In this document: positions 1 to 12,200 of the stretch, one piece after another
Layout of the letters: each line of letters begins with the position of its first letter
Position numbering within the stretch: the stretch's first letter is position 1
Source of the DNA: Octopus vulgaris
Lineage: Eukaryota
Reading direction: 5' to 3'
DNA: 64,000 nucleotides
Assembly: GCA_951406725.2 (NCBI GenBank)
Contig: OX597821.1
Coordinates: 97,774,001 to 97,838,000 of the forward strand
The notes under the pieces: generated by a model
Told to the model about the DNA's origin: nothing
Databases searched by the model: none
What the model saw: only the letters and a program-made list of their open reading frames with translations
Made by a program: the position numbers and the translations under genes

Positions 1-166
1 TACGACAGGCTTCTTTCAGTTTCCGTCTACCAAATCCACTCACAAGGCATTGGTCAGCCCGGGGCTATAGCAGAAGACACTTGCCCAAGATGCCACGCAG
101 TGAGACTGAACCCAGAACCATGTGGTTGGTAAGCGACCTACTTACCATACTGCCACTCCTGCGCCT
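1..166 (-). mobile_element. SINE family A (tRNA-derived octopus-type SINE), head, cut by window edge
   Basis: Reverse complement of the head GGCGCAGGAGTGGC..GGTAAG..GGTTCAGTC..GGGCAAGTGTCTTCT..GAAAGAAGCC.GTCG, with pol III A/B-box-like motifs. Confidence 0.85.
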
Positions 167-309
167 CTCTCAACTTTTCTCACTTGAAAGCTAACCATAT
201 TCTTCTTTGCCATAGTGATACAAAGCATCTGATGAGTTAGATGTTCTCATTCGTTTACAAAACTTCATGTATTTTGGTACTGAATCCAACATTACATACA
301 TATATATAT

Positions 310-540
310 TTCTTTACTACCCACAAGGGGCTAAACACAGAGGGGACAAACAAGGACAGACAAAGGGATTAAGTCGATTACATCAACCCCAGTGCGTAAC
401 TGGTACTTAATTTATCGACCCCGAAAGGATGAAAGGCAAAGTCGACCTCGGCGGAATTTGAACTCGGAACGTAATGACAGACGAAATACGGCTACGCAGG
501 TCGCCCGGCGTGCTAACGTTTCTACCAGTTCGCCGCCTTT
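310..540 (-). mobile_element. SINE family B (tRNA-derived)
   Basis: Reverse complement of GGCGGCGAACTGGTAGAAACGTTAGCACGCCGGGCG..GAGTTCAAATTCCGCCGAGGTCGACTTTGCCTTTCATCCTTTCGGGGTCGAT; matches copies at 9343, 38110 and 56325. Confidence 0.85.
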
Positions 541-849
541 ACATACATATATATGGCTATGTGGTTACAAAGTTCTCTTTGCAGCTATGTTGGCACCTTG
601 AACAAGTGTCTGCTGCCATAGCCTCAAGCTCACCAATGGTTTGGGACTGAAACTTTTATATATCCTCAATAATAGGATCTATTGTCAATAAAAGTACTTT
701 ATTTGATAAATGAGCAAGGGTTGGTAACACAAAGAGCATCTGGGCACAGAATATTGCCTTGGCAAATCTCATTCAACCCATATCAACATGGAAAAAGCAG
801 ACATTTAAACAACAATGATGAAGATGATGATAGTGAAGATGATATATGG

Positions 850-1366
850 TGAGGCTGTGAGGCAAAAAGTTTGCTTCCTAGCCACAAGGTCTGGGTTGAG
901 TTCCACTGAGTGGCACCTTAAGCGATTGTTTTCTACATTAGGCCTGGGCTGACCAAAGCCTTGTGAGTCGATTTAGTAGATAGAAACTGAAAGAAGTTCA
1001 TCATATAGGCGCAGGAGTGGCTGTGTGGATATAGTCGCAGGAGTGGCTGTGTGGTAAGTAGCTTGTTTACCAACCACATGGTTCCGGGTTCAGTCCCACT
1101 GCATGGCACCTTAGGCAAGTGTCTTCTACTATAGCCTCGGGCCGACCAAAGCCTTGTGAGTCGATTTAGTAGATAGAAACTGAAAGAAGTTCATCATATA
1201 GGCACAGGAGTGGCTGTGTGGTAAGTAGCTTGTTTACCAACCACATGGTTCCGGGTTCAGTCCCACTGCGTGACACCTTGGGCAAGTGTCTTCTACTATA
1301 GCCTCGGGTCGACCAAAGCCTTGTGAGTGGATTTGGTAGACGGAAACTGAAAAGAAACCCGTCGTA

Positions 1367-1406
<40 letters not shown>

Positions 1407-1628
1407 TGTGTGTGTTTGTGTGTCTGTGTTTGTCCCCCTAGCATTGCTTGACAACCGATGCTGGTGTGTTTAAGTCCTCGTTACTTAGCGGTTTGGCAAA
1501 AAGAGACCGATAGAATAGATACTGGGCTTACAAAAGAATAAGTCTCGGGGTCGAGTTGCTCGATTAAAGGCGGTGCTCCAGCATGGCCGCAGTAAAATGA
1601 CTGAAACAAGTAAAAGAGAGTAAAGAGT
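850..1628 (+). mobile_element. Three tandem SINE A heads followed by one SINE A body and tail
   Basis: Heads at ~850, ~1008 and 1201; body TTGCTTGACAACCGATGCTGG..CTCCAGCATGGCCGCAG..AAGTAAAAGAG. Confidence 0.85.
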
Positions 1629-2243
1629 ATATATATATATATATAAATGTATGTACATGTGTGTTTGTCTTTGTCCCTCACCATTACTTGATAACCTGTG
1701 TTGGTTTGCTTAACTTTCCATGTAACTTAGAAATTCAGCAAAATAAAAAAAAGAGCCAGGTCACTTCAACTCCTGTCTTTTTACAGCTCCTATTGATCAT
1801 TCTCTCCTTCTCTTACTAAATGTGAGTGACCGTGAAGCTCTTCTACAAGGACCTGTTCTACGTGCCCTCCTTTTTTCAAACTCTAACCCTTCATACTGAG
1901 TATGAAACCAACCTCACCGCCCTCTAGATTTATAGTCTTATGAGCTGGATGGTGATTCCAATAGTGCTAGAGGCATAAAAAAAAGAAAAAAATCATCCTG
2001 CACACAGTATATATTTGTTGGCATTAGAGAAGGTCATCAAACCACAGGAACCGACACACAGACATTGGAGTACAATGCAGTCCATTGACCAACCAGAACC
2101 TGTCAAACTGTCATTAAATGATGACAATGATGATGTATGCATACATATATTGTTTTTATGTGAAATCAGTTACAAAAACAGTATAACATTAAATATAAAT
2201 ATTACTCAATAGTTTTTAGTAGAGCATAAAGAAAAGGCTGATA

Positions 2244-2282
<39 letters not shown>

Positions 2283-2489
2283 AACTTTCAGCTCTCAAGT
2301 CATAAAGATGTATATGCCTTCGTATGAATGCATACATGCATGCATGAATGCTTCCATGTATTTAAAACTTTACTTCAAAATAACCTAATTACGTCCATTA
2401 GGGTATAATTCAATCTTCTATAACTACTTGAATATTACTATATAACTAGTGAATATCATTTGCAAAAATTTATGAAGGGGGTTTTTGGC

Positions 2490-4066
2490 AGTCAGGTACT
2501 TTCTTCTAAGCCAACTTTCTCTATTCTTCCAATTCTGTCTTGACAATGGTGTTACTCCAGAGCAGTGGAAAACTGCCAGTGTTATCCCTCTGTTCAAAAA
2601 AGGTGTCCACACATTGCCTGTCAACTATCGCCCTGTTAGTCTTACTAGCTGCATTGCCAAACTGATGGAATCCTGTGTCAGGGAAACCCTCTGGAACTTC
2701 TGGAAGTCTCACAGACTCATCCAGCCATTACAATTTTGATTTATTCCTAACTCCAGCTGCTGTAATCAACTCATCGAGTTTCTTGAGGACATTACCCAAA
2801 TCACTGATCGCAGATCCTGGGTGGATGTTGTTTACCTGGACTTTGCTAAGGCTTTTAACTCTGTGCCACACAAAAGACTTATGGTGAAACTCTCTGCGTT
2901 GGGCGTAAGAGACGAACTCCATAACTGGTTGAAGTCCTTTATTTTCGGCCGAAAAGAGGTTGTCACAGTTCTAGGACAGCACTCTTCACCCTATGAGATA
3001 ACATCTGGTGTACCACAAGGATCTGTTCTTGGCCCCCTTTTATTTGTTGCATATGTTAATGACATAGATGCCAACTTAAAGAATGCCACAGTGCTGAAAT
3101 ATGCAGATGACATCAAGCTGTACCTCGAAATAAAGAGGTCAGATCCTGTACACTATAGATCTCTATTGCAATCAGACCTGGACACAATGCAGCAGTGGAT
3201 CATGGACTGGCAACTCAAGCTGGCTGTGGACAAATGTACCATCATGCATTTTGGGAGGAAAAACCCAGCGTCTACCTACTCCCTCCACAACACTAATCTC
3301 AAAAAGTCTTCATGTGAACGTGACCTGGTTGTTATTGTCGACCGATTTGCGTTGGACAAAACACATTGCTAAAATTGCCAAGAAGGCTGAGGGTGTCTTG
3401 GCATCACTCACCAAGTCCTTTGTGAGCCGCTCTCTGGCTATCTATCTCCGGCTTTATATAGCTATTGTAAGACCTCACCTGGAATTTGCATCACCGGTCT
3501 GGAATCCCTATCTTGCCCAGGATATTAATCGTCTGGAAGCCATTCAGCAATGTGCAACCAAAAGAATACTCTCCATCAGGCATTTGCCATATTCTGAACA
3601 CCTTACTTCTCTGGGCATGGACACATTGAAACTCTGACATCTGGCAGCTGACTTGGCAGACACCCATAAAATTATCAACCATCTTACAAACAATAACTCT
3701 GAGCACCTTTTCAAACGCCACCCGTCTAACACCCGTGGGCATATTTACAAAGTCAGAAAACAGCACAGCTCCCATGACTTTAGGAAACTTTTTTTTCATG
3801 CTGAGAGTTGCTGAAGCATGGGAACAAACTGCCGGCATCAGTTGTTAGTTGTCGGAGCACTGCATCCTTCAAAACTTCCATGCTTTCTGAGATTCGCCAA
3901 CACTACACCTGATTTCCTTCCCTCCATACACACACAAGCATGTATCTGACTCATACATTGTTCACTTTCCAGACATTTCTACATTACTGCATATACTTTA
4001 TATGCACTTTTGACAGGTTGTGGTGCACCTGAGCACTGTATACAATAATTTCATTATTATATTATT
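2490..4066 (+). mobile_element. CR1-type LINE (family CR1-A), 5'-truncated, disrupted reverse transcriptase
   Basis: ORF pieces contain WKTASVIPLFKKG..NYRPVSLTS, VVYLDFAKAF, SGVPQGSVLGPLLF, YADD and RPHLEFASPVWNP; frameshifts and stops; 3'UTR ends in (ATT)n. Confidence 0.92.
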
Positions 4067-4819
4067 AAATAACGGCCAAATCTCACTCAAATCACATCCA
4101 GCTGTCTTAAAAATGGAAATAACCCAAAAGCTAATGTAATCCTTAGTTGTGCATAAGAAAAAAAGTGATGATCACAGTCGCCATGACAACAGTAACTGGT
4201 CAATGTCACGAGTTAATTGCTTCCTATTACTACTAATAAGGAATTTACATGTATCTGATTCTACAAATCAATACACATCAGTCAATGCTATTAACCAACG
4301 CTCACACTAAATATTGCAGCACAATGTACTAAGAAATTGTGGAAATTTGAAGTTTTAACTAATTTTTACAGGAAACATAACACGTACTTACTTATTGAAT
4401 AAAATTTTAAAAACATAGAATTCCATCACACTAGAAGGTAACATAGGGAAAAAAATATGTTCAATAAAACTGAAAAAGTCTTTTGAATTTTAAATTTTAA
4501 TTATATTATCTGTTCTCTTTTTATTGCTACTTAGGACATTCTTACACAAAATCATGTTAAATGGCAGTCTTACAAAAATTGTCTCCCTTCATTCGTCATA
4601 CGTTTGCTGAACTGAAAATATATATTTTTTTTCTCATTTAGTTGAATCAAATTACATGCATGCATAGGTCCGCGCGTGCACACCCACCCACCCACGGACA
4701 CACACATCTATAACAAAGAATCTGCTGGCGAACCGCTTTGAAGGCTTGGAACCGCTGTTGGTCAGTTTCAGCGCCCCCCCCCCCTCCCGCAATAAAGTAT
4801 TCGATAGAATAAGTACTAG

Positions 4820-5490
4820 ACTTAAGATCTAGACTTAAGTACTAGACTTAAGATCAGTTTGTGCCAGTCACAAAGCCAAACATACCTGGAAGTTTCATCC
4901 GAATCCATCCAACGTTTCTTGAGACAACTTGGACAAGATTTCCGCCCCATCCTACCCAACCACCCATTAAGAAAAAATTTTTTTCTTCGACACCACCCCC
5001 TTTCGGGTACGGGGAATACGAATCTCCCAAAAACTGGAACAATCGGCATTTTTAAATTACTACCCCACCACCATTTCCTGCATTTTTTTTCTACTTTTTT
5101 AGATTTTTTTTTCAAAACATGCGGAAAAATACGGAGATTATGATTCTGAAAAAAAATTCTCAAAATGTTTGTAAATTTTTTTTTAAAGAGATCCGAAATT
5201 TTTTTTTCTAAATATGCAGAAAAATCAGGACATTATGATTCGGACAAAAATTTCAAAATATTTCTGTAGTTACGGTTAGGGTTAGTGTTGGGGAAAAAGT
5301 CAAAATTGAAAAATTTGGGGTGAGGCGGGGTGAAATTTGGCAATGCCGGTTTTCGGCAATTTTCCGGAACTGAGGTTTTTTAATAAACAAATTTGGGAGA
5401 AAATCGGGGAAGTCTTTCCATAACGGACAAACAAACGAACAAACACGACTGAAAACAATACCTCTGCCATCGCTAAGGCGGAGGTAAAAA
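4820..5490 (-). mobile_element. Non-autonomous Helentron/HINE (DINE-like) element
   Basis: Minus strand begins TTTTACCTCCGCC-TTAGCGAT-GGCAGAGGTA (hairpin), then GTTT/GTCC simple repeats and GGATGGATTCGGATGAAACTT, an architecture typical of such elements; classification is inference. Confidence 0.5.
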
Positions 5491-6003
5491 TAGTATAACA
5501 CCAATTGACTAAACTACAAAAATACATGACATATTTTACTAAATTCAATCATTGGACTCGAGTTACGCTGGAATCCCGCGTTCCGAAGTTTTTTTTATTG
5601 GGTAAAAATGTTTGTAAAGCAAGGGAGGCAACTCGGGACAGCTTTCAAATTTTGACACAAGGCCAGAAATTTTAAGGCGACAGACAAGTTGATTACATCG
5701 ATTCTGGTGCCCGACTGGCATTTATTTTTTTAACTCCGAAGATATATAAGACAAAGTCGACCTCGGCAGAATTTGAACTAAGAATGTAAAGAACCAACGG
5801 AAATGCCGCTAAGCATGCATTTTGCCCTCTATCACATATTTTACTTTTCTGTAAGGGTTTGTTTAAATCAAACAAAGGGACATCACTCTGGAAACCTCTT
5901 GAGTCAATTTCGTGTCTAAAAATTGCGAGCTCTGTATCTAAATAAGAAAGAATTAGCAAGCAATATTTTTGTTTTATATTATATTATATTATATTATATT
6001 ATA

Positions 6004-6211
6004 CAGGGTGTCCCAGAAGTTGTGCACGACCCTGTTTTCTTTTTAAAGAATACACCTTTATTGATTTCAAAAACACATTACTGAAATTAATTGTAACAAA
6101 TGCTCAAATTGAACACCCTCTGCAATAAAACATGCCGAAAAAATATAAAATAAAATTCTTTAATTATTTTGATGAAAACCAGAATGGTACGTGACACTCT
6201 GGGACACCCTG
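6004..6211. mobile_element. Tc1/mariner-type MITE
   Basis: TIRs CAGGGTGTCCCAG / CTGGGACACCCTG, preceded by TA; no ORF. Confidence 0.75.
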
Positions 6212-7376
6212 CGTTGGGTGTAAGAGACGAACTCTATTACTGGTTAAAGTCCTTTATTTTCAGCCAAAAAGAGGTTGTCACAGTTCTAGGACAGCACTCT
6301 TCGCCCTATGAGATGACATCTGGTGTACCACAGGGATCTGTTCTTGGCCCCCTTTTATTTGTTGCATATGTTAATGACATAGATGCCAACTTAAAGAATG
6401 CCACAGTGCTGAAATATGCAGATGACATCAAGCTGTACGTCGAAATAAAGAGGTCAGATCCTGTACACTATAGATCTCTATTGCAAGCAGACCTGGACAC
6501 AATGCAGCAGTGGATCATGGACTGGCAACTCAAGCTGGCTGTGGACAAATGTACCACCATGCATTTTGGGAGGAGAAACCCAGCGTCCACCTACTCCCTC
6601 CACAACACTAGTCTCAAAAAGTCTTCATGTGAATGTGACCTGGTTGTTATTGTCGACAGTGATTTGCGTTGGACAAAACACATCGCTAAAATTGTCAAGA
6701 AGGCTGAGGGTGTCTTGGCATCACTCACCAAATCCTTTGTGAGCTGCTCTCTGGCTATCTATCTGCGGCTTTATATGGCTATGGTAAGACCTCACCTGGA
6801 ATTTGCATCACCGGTCTGGAACCCCTATCTTGCCCAGGGCATCAATCGTCTGGAAGCTGTTCAGCGACGTGCAACCAAAAGAATACCCTCCATCAGGCAT
6901 TTGCCATATCCTGAACGCCTTACTTCCCTGGGTATGGACACATTGAAACTCCGACGTCTGGCAGCTGACTTGGCAGACACCCATAAAATTATCAACCATC
7001 TCACAAACAATAACTCTGAGCACCTCTTCAAACTCCACCCATCTAACACCCATGGACATATTTACAAAGTAAGAAAACAGCACAGCTCCCATGACTTCGG
7101 GAAACATTTTTTCACGCTGAGAGTTGCTGAAGCATGGAACAAACTGCCGGCATCGTTTGTTAGTTGTCGGAGCACTGCATCCTTCAAAACTTCCATGCTT
7201 TCTGAGATTCGCCAACACTACACCTGATTTTCTCCCCTCCATACACACACAAGCATGTATCTGACTCATACATTGTTCGCTTTCCAGACATTTCTACATT
7301 ACTGCATATACTTTATATGCACTTTCTGACAAGTTGTGGTGCACCTGAGCACTGTATACAATAATTTCATTATTAT
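6209..7376 (+). mobile_element. CR1-A LINE, 5'-truncated, RT C-terminal half open
   Basis: ORF 6169-7227 has GVPQGSVLGPLLF, YADD, RPHLEFASPVWNP, LEAVQRRATKRI and FFTLRVAEAWNKLP; near-identical to 2894-4060; (ATT)n tail. Confidence 0.93.
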
Positions 7377-7378
7377 AT

Positions 7379-7886
7379 AGGCACAGGTGTGACTGTATGG
7401 TAAGAAGCTTGCTTCCAAACCACATGGTTCTGGGTTCAGTCCCACTGCATGGTACCTTGGACAAATGTCTTCTACTATAGCCTTGGACTGATCCAAAGCC
7501 TTGTGAGTAGATTTGGTAGACGGAAACTGAAAGAAACCCGTCGTATATGCGTGTGTGTGTATGTGTTTGTCCTTATAACTTAGCAGTTCAGTAAAAGATA
7601 CCCATAAGATAAGTCCTAGGCTTAAAAAATAAGTCTTGGAGTCGATTTTTTTCAACTAAAAACCCTTCAAAACAAGGCTCCAGCATGGCCGCAGGCAAAT
7701 GACTGAAACTAGTAAAAGAATAAAAGAGCGTGGCTGAGTGGTAACAAGTCTGCTTTCTAACTACATGTTTCTGGGTTCAGTCCCACTGCATGGTAATTTG
7801 AGCAAGTATGTTCTACTATAGACTTGGGCTGACCAAAAGCCTTGTGAGTGGATTTGGTAAATGGAAACTGAAAGAAGCCGGTTGCA
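7379..7886 (+). mobile_element. Two diverged SINE A copies in tandem
   Basis: GGCACAGGTGTGACTGTATGGTAAG head, shortened body and tail; second head from ~7727. Confidence 0.75.
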
Positions 7887-8364
7887 TATAAATATATATA
7901 TATGTGACAAGCAGTATGTTATCACAATATTTAGAGTTACTCACAAAAACAAAGACAGCAAGTGAGCAAGAAGTGGGTTGTGAAGACCAATCATTTTCCT
8001 GATCCCAAATCTTCCAGATTATTATACAGAGAACAAAGAAGTGGAGATTTCCAGTCTCTAGGCCTAAAGTAGTTTATATGCTGAGTGAATTGGAAAACAC
8101 TGGGCAACCCACTTTGGCTAGAATCATGGTGTATAAACTTGTTCATGACTGACCCATGCTACTGATTGAGGGATGGAAACCAGGTGCATGTCTACTGAGA
8201 AATGCTCAACAACCCATGAAATAGTCCATCAGGAGATTTCCTGTTTTTCTCCCACACAGCAATAGCTGAAAAAGAATTTAACCAGCAATGAGGCTTTGTA
8301 ATGTTTAAGTATAAACATATATATAAATATATGCATGTGTATGCATACATATGTACAAATGTTC

Positions 8365-9328
8365 TGTAGTGAATACGACCGTATGTTGAGGTTGGTGACA
8401 TAGGTAAGTCACACGGTCGCATTCCTAGCGAAATAAGATAAGCCATTAATACAATTTTATACAATGCAGTGCCAACAGAATATAGATGAATTGACTACAA
8501 GGCCATTCCACTGTTTGAGAGAAGATAAGATTTTATTTACAATTGGTGTTAAGGTTAGAAGGTTGTGAGTGCTAGCAAGTGCGTGTGTGTGCATGCAACA
8601 CGTGTTTGTGTCTGTGTGTTCGTGTGTGTGACAGATACAATGAGGGTAAATGCGTGTAGCATAGAAAGGTACAGAGCATAGAGTTCATAATGGAAATTGA
8701 TTTACTGTTCTGAGGTACACGAAGTGTAAGAGTTCGATATCAGGATGTTGTGTCTCGGGCGGAGGCCGGTCGGGCGAATTGTTGTCGAGCCACGGACATG
8801 GTCTCAAATCGTCGAGCTGGTTCTCCGGATATAGATTTCTTCAGATGGACTGTTTCTACTTGGTGAAGACGTTCACTCTAACAGCGTGGTTCTGTGATGT
8901 TGGTGTGTACATGTCCGAAGTGGACGATGATGATGGCGACGGTAGCGGAGTGTACATTAGCGTCATCGTGGCTGTCGTCTGTCGTCGTGATCGTCTGTCG
9001 TCTGTGACTGGAACATGTTGAGTAGCTCTGTGATCAGAGGTTCAGTCCTTACAAGGACTGGAAACCAAAGACACTTGGTGAAGAGATTCACTCCCTTATA
9101 TACAAGTAAGGTAGCTCAAACGAGCTTAAGAAATGGGACCTTAACCAAAGGCCTTGATTGGTTGGCTTTGGCCAGTGGCATGAAATAAGTAGAGACAAAT
9201 CGCGCCACATGTCAACCAATCAGGTTAGTGGTTACAAAAGGAACAACTTGGCCAAAGATGGCCGTAATCTCAAACGAGATCATTCCTGCCGTGTTTCTCA
9301 AACAGTGAGGATATCAGAGACCGCTACA
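8365..9328 (-). mobile_element. Possible solo LTR
   Basis: TGTAGTG...CGCTACA inverted termini; CpG-richer than flanks; minus-strand TATATAAGGG (9093-9102) upstream of AATAAA (~8532-8537); no TSD seen. Confidence 0.45.
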
Positions 9329-9342
9329 GTGTGTTTATATAT

Positions 9343-9566
9343 GAGCTGGCAGAAACGTTAGCACGCCGGGCGAAATGCGTAGCCGTATTTCGTCTGTCGT
9401 TACGTTCAGAGTTCAAATTCCGCCGAGGTCAACTTTGCCTTTCATCCTTTCGTGGTCGATAAATTAAGTACCAGTTACGCACTGGGGTTGATGTAATCAT
9501 CTTAATCCCTTTGTCTGTCCTTGTTTGTCCCCTCTATGTTTAGCCCCTTGTGGGTAGTAAAGAAAT
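9343..9566 (+). mobile_element. SINE family B
   Basis: GAGCTGGCAGAAACGTTAGCACGCCGGGCG..GAGTTCAAATTCCGCCGAGGTC..CCCCTTGTGGGTAGTAAAGAAAT. Confidence 0.85.
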
Positions 9567-9677
9567 ATATATGTATGTATACTTAACATAGAAGCAAGAA
9601 ATCATAAATTTCACATATAGTTCATACTTTGTGTTCAAAAGCTGTTTCATCAAGATAAATGGTACCAAATATATTCT

Positions 9678-10016
9678 TAAATAATTCTTAAATAATTCTT
9701 AACTAAGTCTCCCTCATTTCTATTTCGGTCTAATGCTAGGGCCTTACTGTACCTAACCGATTCTGCTTTAATTGCTTTCTTTAGAGCATACCACCATCTG
9801 TTGTTGATTACGGCACCCACCAAAGCTCTCTTTAATAATGTGCTAATCCGGTCCCTGTAAGCCTGGCGTGCCGTGAAAGACGCATTCAACTTCCCGTAAC
9901 CAGGACCCTGCCTATGTGTCTTATCTAAGTCAAGTGTACAAGTCACAAATTTGTGGTCTGTGTAGCTGACTATATGGTATTGTGGACAACCTGCACCATC
10001 TTTATCTACTGTCCTA
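9678..10016 (-). mobile_element. Tx1/L1-clade LINE ORF2 fragment (end of endonuclease and linker)
   Basis: Translation YTDHKFV..GPGYGKLNAS..WWYALKKAIK resembles the SDH..GPGYWKLN..WWD..K pattern of L1/Tx1 ORF2. Confidence 0.65.
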
Positions 10017-10063
10017 CAGAAAACTCTAAGCATTATTACCTCTAAGCATTACCTTTAATTCTT

Positions 10064-10104
<41 letters not shown>

Positions 10105-10140
10105 CTTTACATAGACTTACAATTTACAAATATATATATA

Positions 10141-10552
10141 CTCTTTTACTCTTTACTCTTTTACTTGTTTCAGTCATTTGACTGCGGCCATGCTGGTGCA
10201 CCGCCTTTAGTCGAGCAACTCGACCCTGGGACTTATTCTATGTAAGCCCAGTACTTATTCTATCGGTCTCTTTTTGCCGAACTGCTAAGTGACGGGGACA
10301 TAAACACACCAGCATCGGTTGTCAAGCAATGCTAGAGGGACAAACACAGACACACAAACACACACACATACATATATATATACATACATACAACGGGCTT
10401 CTTTCAGTTTCCGTCTACCAAATCCACTCACAAGGCTTTGGTCGGCCCAAGGCTATAGCAGCAGACACTTGCCCAAGATGCCACGCAGTGGGACTGAACC
10501 CGGAACCATGTGGTTGGTTAGCAAGCTACTTACCACACAGCCACTCCTGCGC
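10141..10552 (-). mobile_element. SINE A, full length
   Basis: Complete reverse-complement head, body and CTCTTTTA tail. Confidence 0.9.
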
Positions 10553-10593
10553 ATGATGATGAGATATATATATTTTATTATATATATATATAT

Positions 10594-10990
10594 CAATTAA
10601 AATTAAGGATAAAATCTATGTAGGATTTTATCAAGTAGCTAACAGGTAAAAACCAGTTATGGTAAAAATTAATACAAAGTATATAATTTTATAAATATAA
10701 TTATAAAATTATAATAAGGGTAAGTACAAAGTAATGCGACATGCTAGAAGAAGATACCAAATGGCTCTAAACTGGTAGAGCGATATTACATCACTAAACC
10801 CGAAATTGATCGATATATGGCTGAACTTTTTCAAGAAATCTTTTTTGTTCATTCCTCACTTTCAACACATGTCCATGTGATAGATAAAGTAGTTTAGAGC
10901 TATTTGACGTCTCCTTCTAGCATGTGGTATTACATTGTAGTTGCCCTTATTATAATTTTATAATAATATTTATAAAATGATGTACTTTAT
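10594..10990. repeat. Fold-back element (arms ~10676-10771 and ~10891-10988) in (TA)n
   Basis: AATAAGGG..ACATGCTAGAAG..AAATGGCTCTAAACT is mirrored by AGTTTAGAGCTATTT..CTTCTAGCATGT..CCCTTATT. Confidence 0.75.
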
Positions 10991-11279
10991 ATACATATAC
11001 AAGTGTGCACATGTGTATAAGAATATATATACATATATACATACACACACACACATGCACATGCATTCATCATGTTGAAACATTAATCCCTACACATTTT
11101 TTCTCCATTTTTTACCCCTCTTAATCCTTTCTTTCAAAGGGAGTAGGCTTGAAACGTCAAAGATGTTTCCATTCTTACCAAGCATTAAACTGATACACCT
11201 GCTTGTTGTTCCCTCACCTGTCTTCGTCTTTTGTTTTCTGTAAATTTCAACTATATATATATATATATGTATATATATA

Positions 11280-11483
11280 CGGGAATTATGAAAATAAACA
11301 AAAGACGAATAAACAAAGGCAGGTGGAATGCAAACAAACAATTGTATTAGTATGGCGCTCAGGAATATAAATAAAACAAGTCTTTTACGTTTCGAGCCTA
11401 CGCTCTTCAACAGAAAGATACACAGAAAAGAAACACGGAGAGAAACAAGGAGAGAGAAAAAATGCGTGCAGAGGCTAGCGAAT

Positions 11484-11486
<3 letters not shown>
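11280..11486 (-). mobile_element. ~200-bp hammerhead-bearing repeat (Penelope pLTR-like)
   Basis: Near-identical reverse complement of 18564-18765; flanked by (TA)n. Confidence 0.7.
11381..11418 (-). ncRNA. Minimal type-I hammerhead-like ribozyme motif (variant core CUGUUGA)
   Basis: UCUUU-CUGUUGA-A-GAGC(GUAG)GCUC-GAAA-CG-UA-AAAGA: stem I UCUUU/AAAGA, stem II GAGC/GCUC, palindromic ACGU at stem III. Confidence 0.6.
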
Positions 11487-11555
<69 letters not shown>

Positions 11556-11592
11556 CATATATATACATATACATATATACATATACATATAT

Positions 11593-11679
<87 letters not shown>

Positions 11680-11707
11680 CATATATATATATATAGACAT
11701 ATATATA

Positions 11708-11795
<88 letters not shown>
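11487..11795. repeat. Compound (TA)n/(TACATA)n/(CA)n microsatellite
   Basis: Direct reading. Confidence 0.97.
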
Positions 11796-11797
<2 letters not shown>

Positions 11798-12200
11798 TGC
11801 AAATGTAACTGTGTGGTAAGAAGTTTGCTTCCCAAACATATGGTTTTAGGTTCAGTTCCAATGCATGGTACCTTGGGCAAGTATCTTCCACTATGGCCTC
11901 AAGCCAACCAAAGCCTTGTGAGTGGATTTGGTAGATAGAAATTGTAAGAAGCCTGTTGTACATGTGTGTGAGTGTACATGTGTGTGTCTGTGTTTGTTTC
12001 CCTCCATCCCTACACTGCTTGACAACTAGTAATGTGTGTGTATGTATCCATAACTTAGTAGTTTCGCAAAAGGAACTGATAGAATAAGTACCAGGTTTCA
12101 AAAGCAAGCACTGAGACCAATTTGTTCAACTAAAATTCTTCAAAGCAGTATCACAGCCTGGTCACAGTCCAATAACCAAAGAATTCTAATGACAGAAAAG
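11796..12200 (+). mobile_element. Diverged SINE A
   Basis: TGTGTGGTAAGAAGTTTGCTTCCCAAAC..AAAGCCTTGTGAGTGGATTTGG..GATAGAATAAGTACCAGG. Confidence 0.75.

Noticed and set aside
1201-1275. tRNA gene-like A/B boxes in SINE heads
   Set aside because: No full cloverleaf, and always followed by SINE body and tail.
5272-5292. Telomere-like TTAGGG
   Set aside because: Only 1-2 units, inside a HINE-like element.
10770-10830. Hammerhead in the spacer of the 10.6-kb fold-back
   Set aside because: The core (CUGGUAGA) and stems are too poor to call.
11328-12107. Long [12 protein letters not shown] ORFs (also at 16.3-17.8, 26.6, 30.3-31.2 and 43.5 kb)
   Set aside because: Translations of (TA)n/(CA)n/(GATA)n microsatellites, which lack stop codons.
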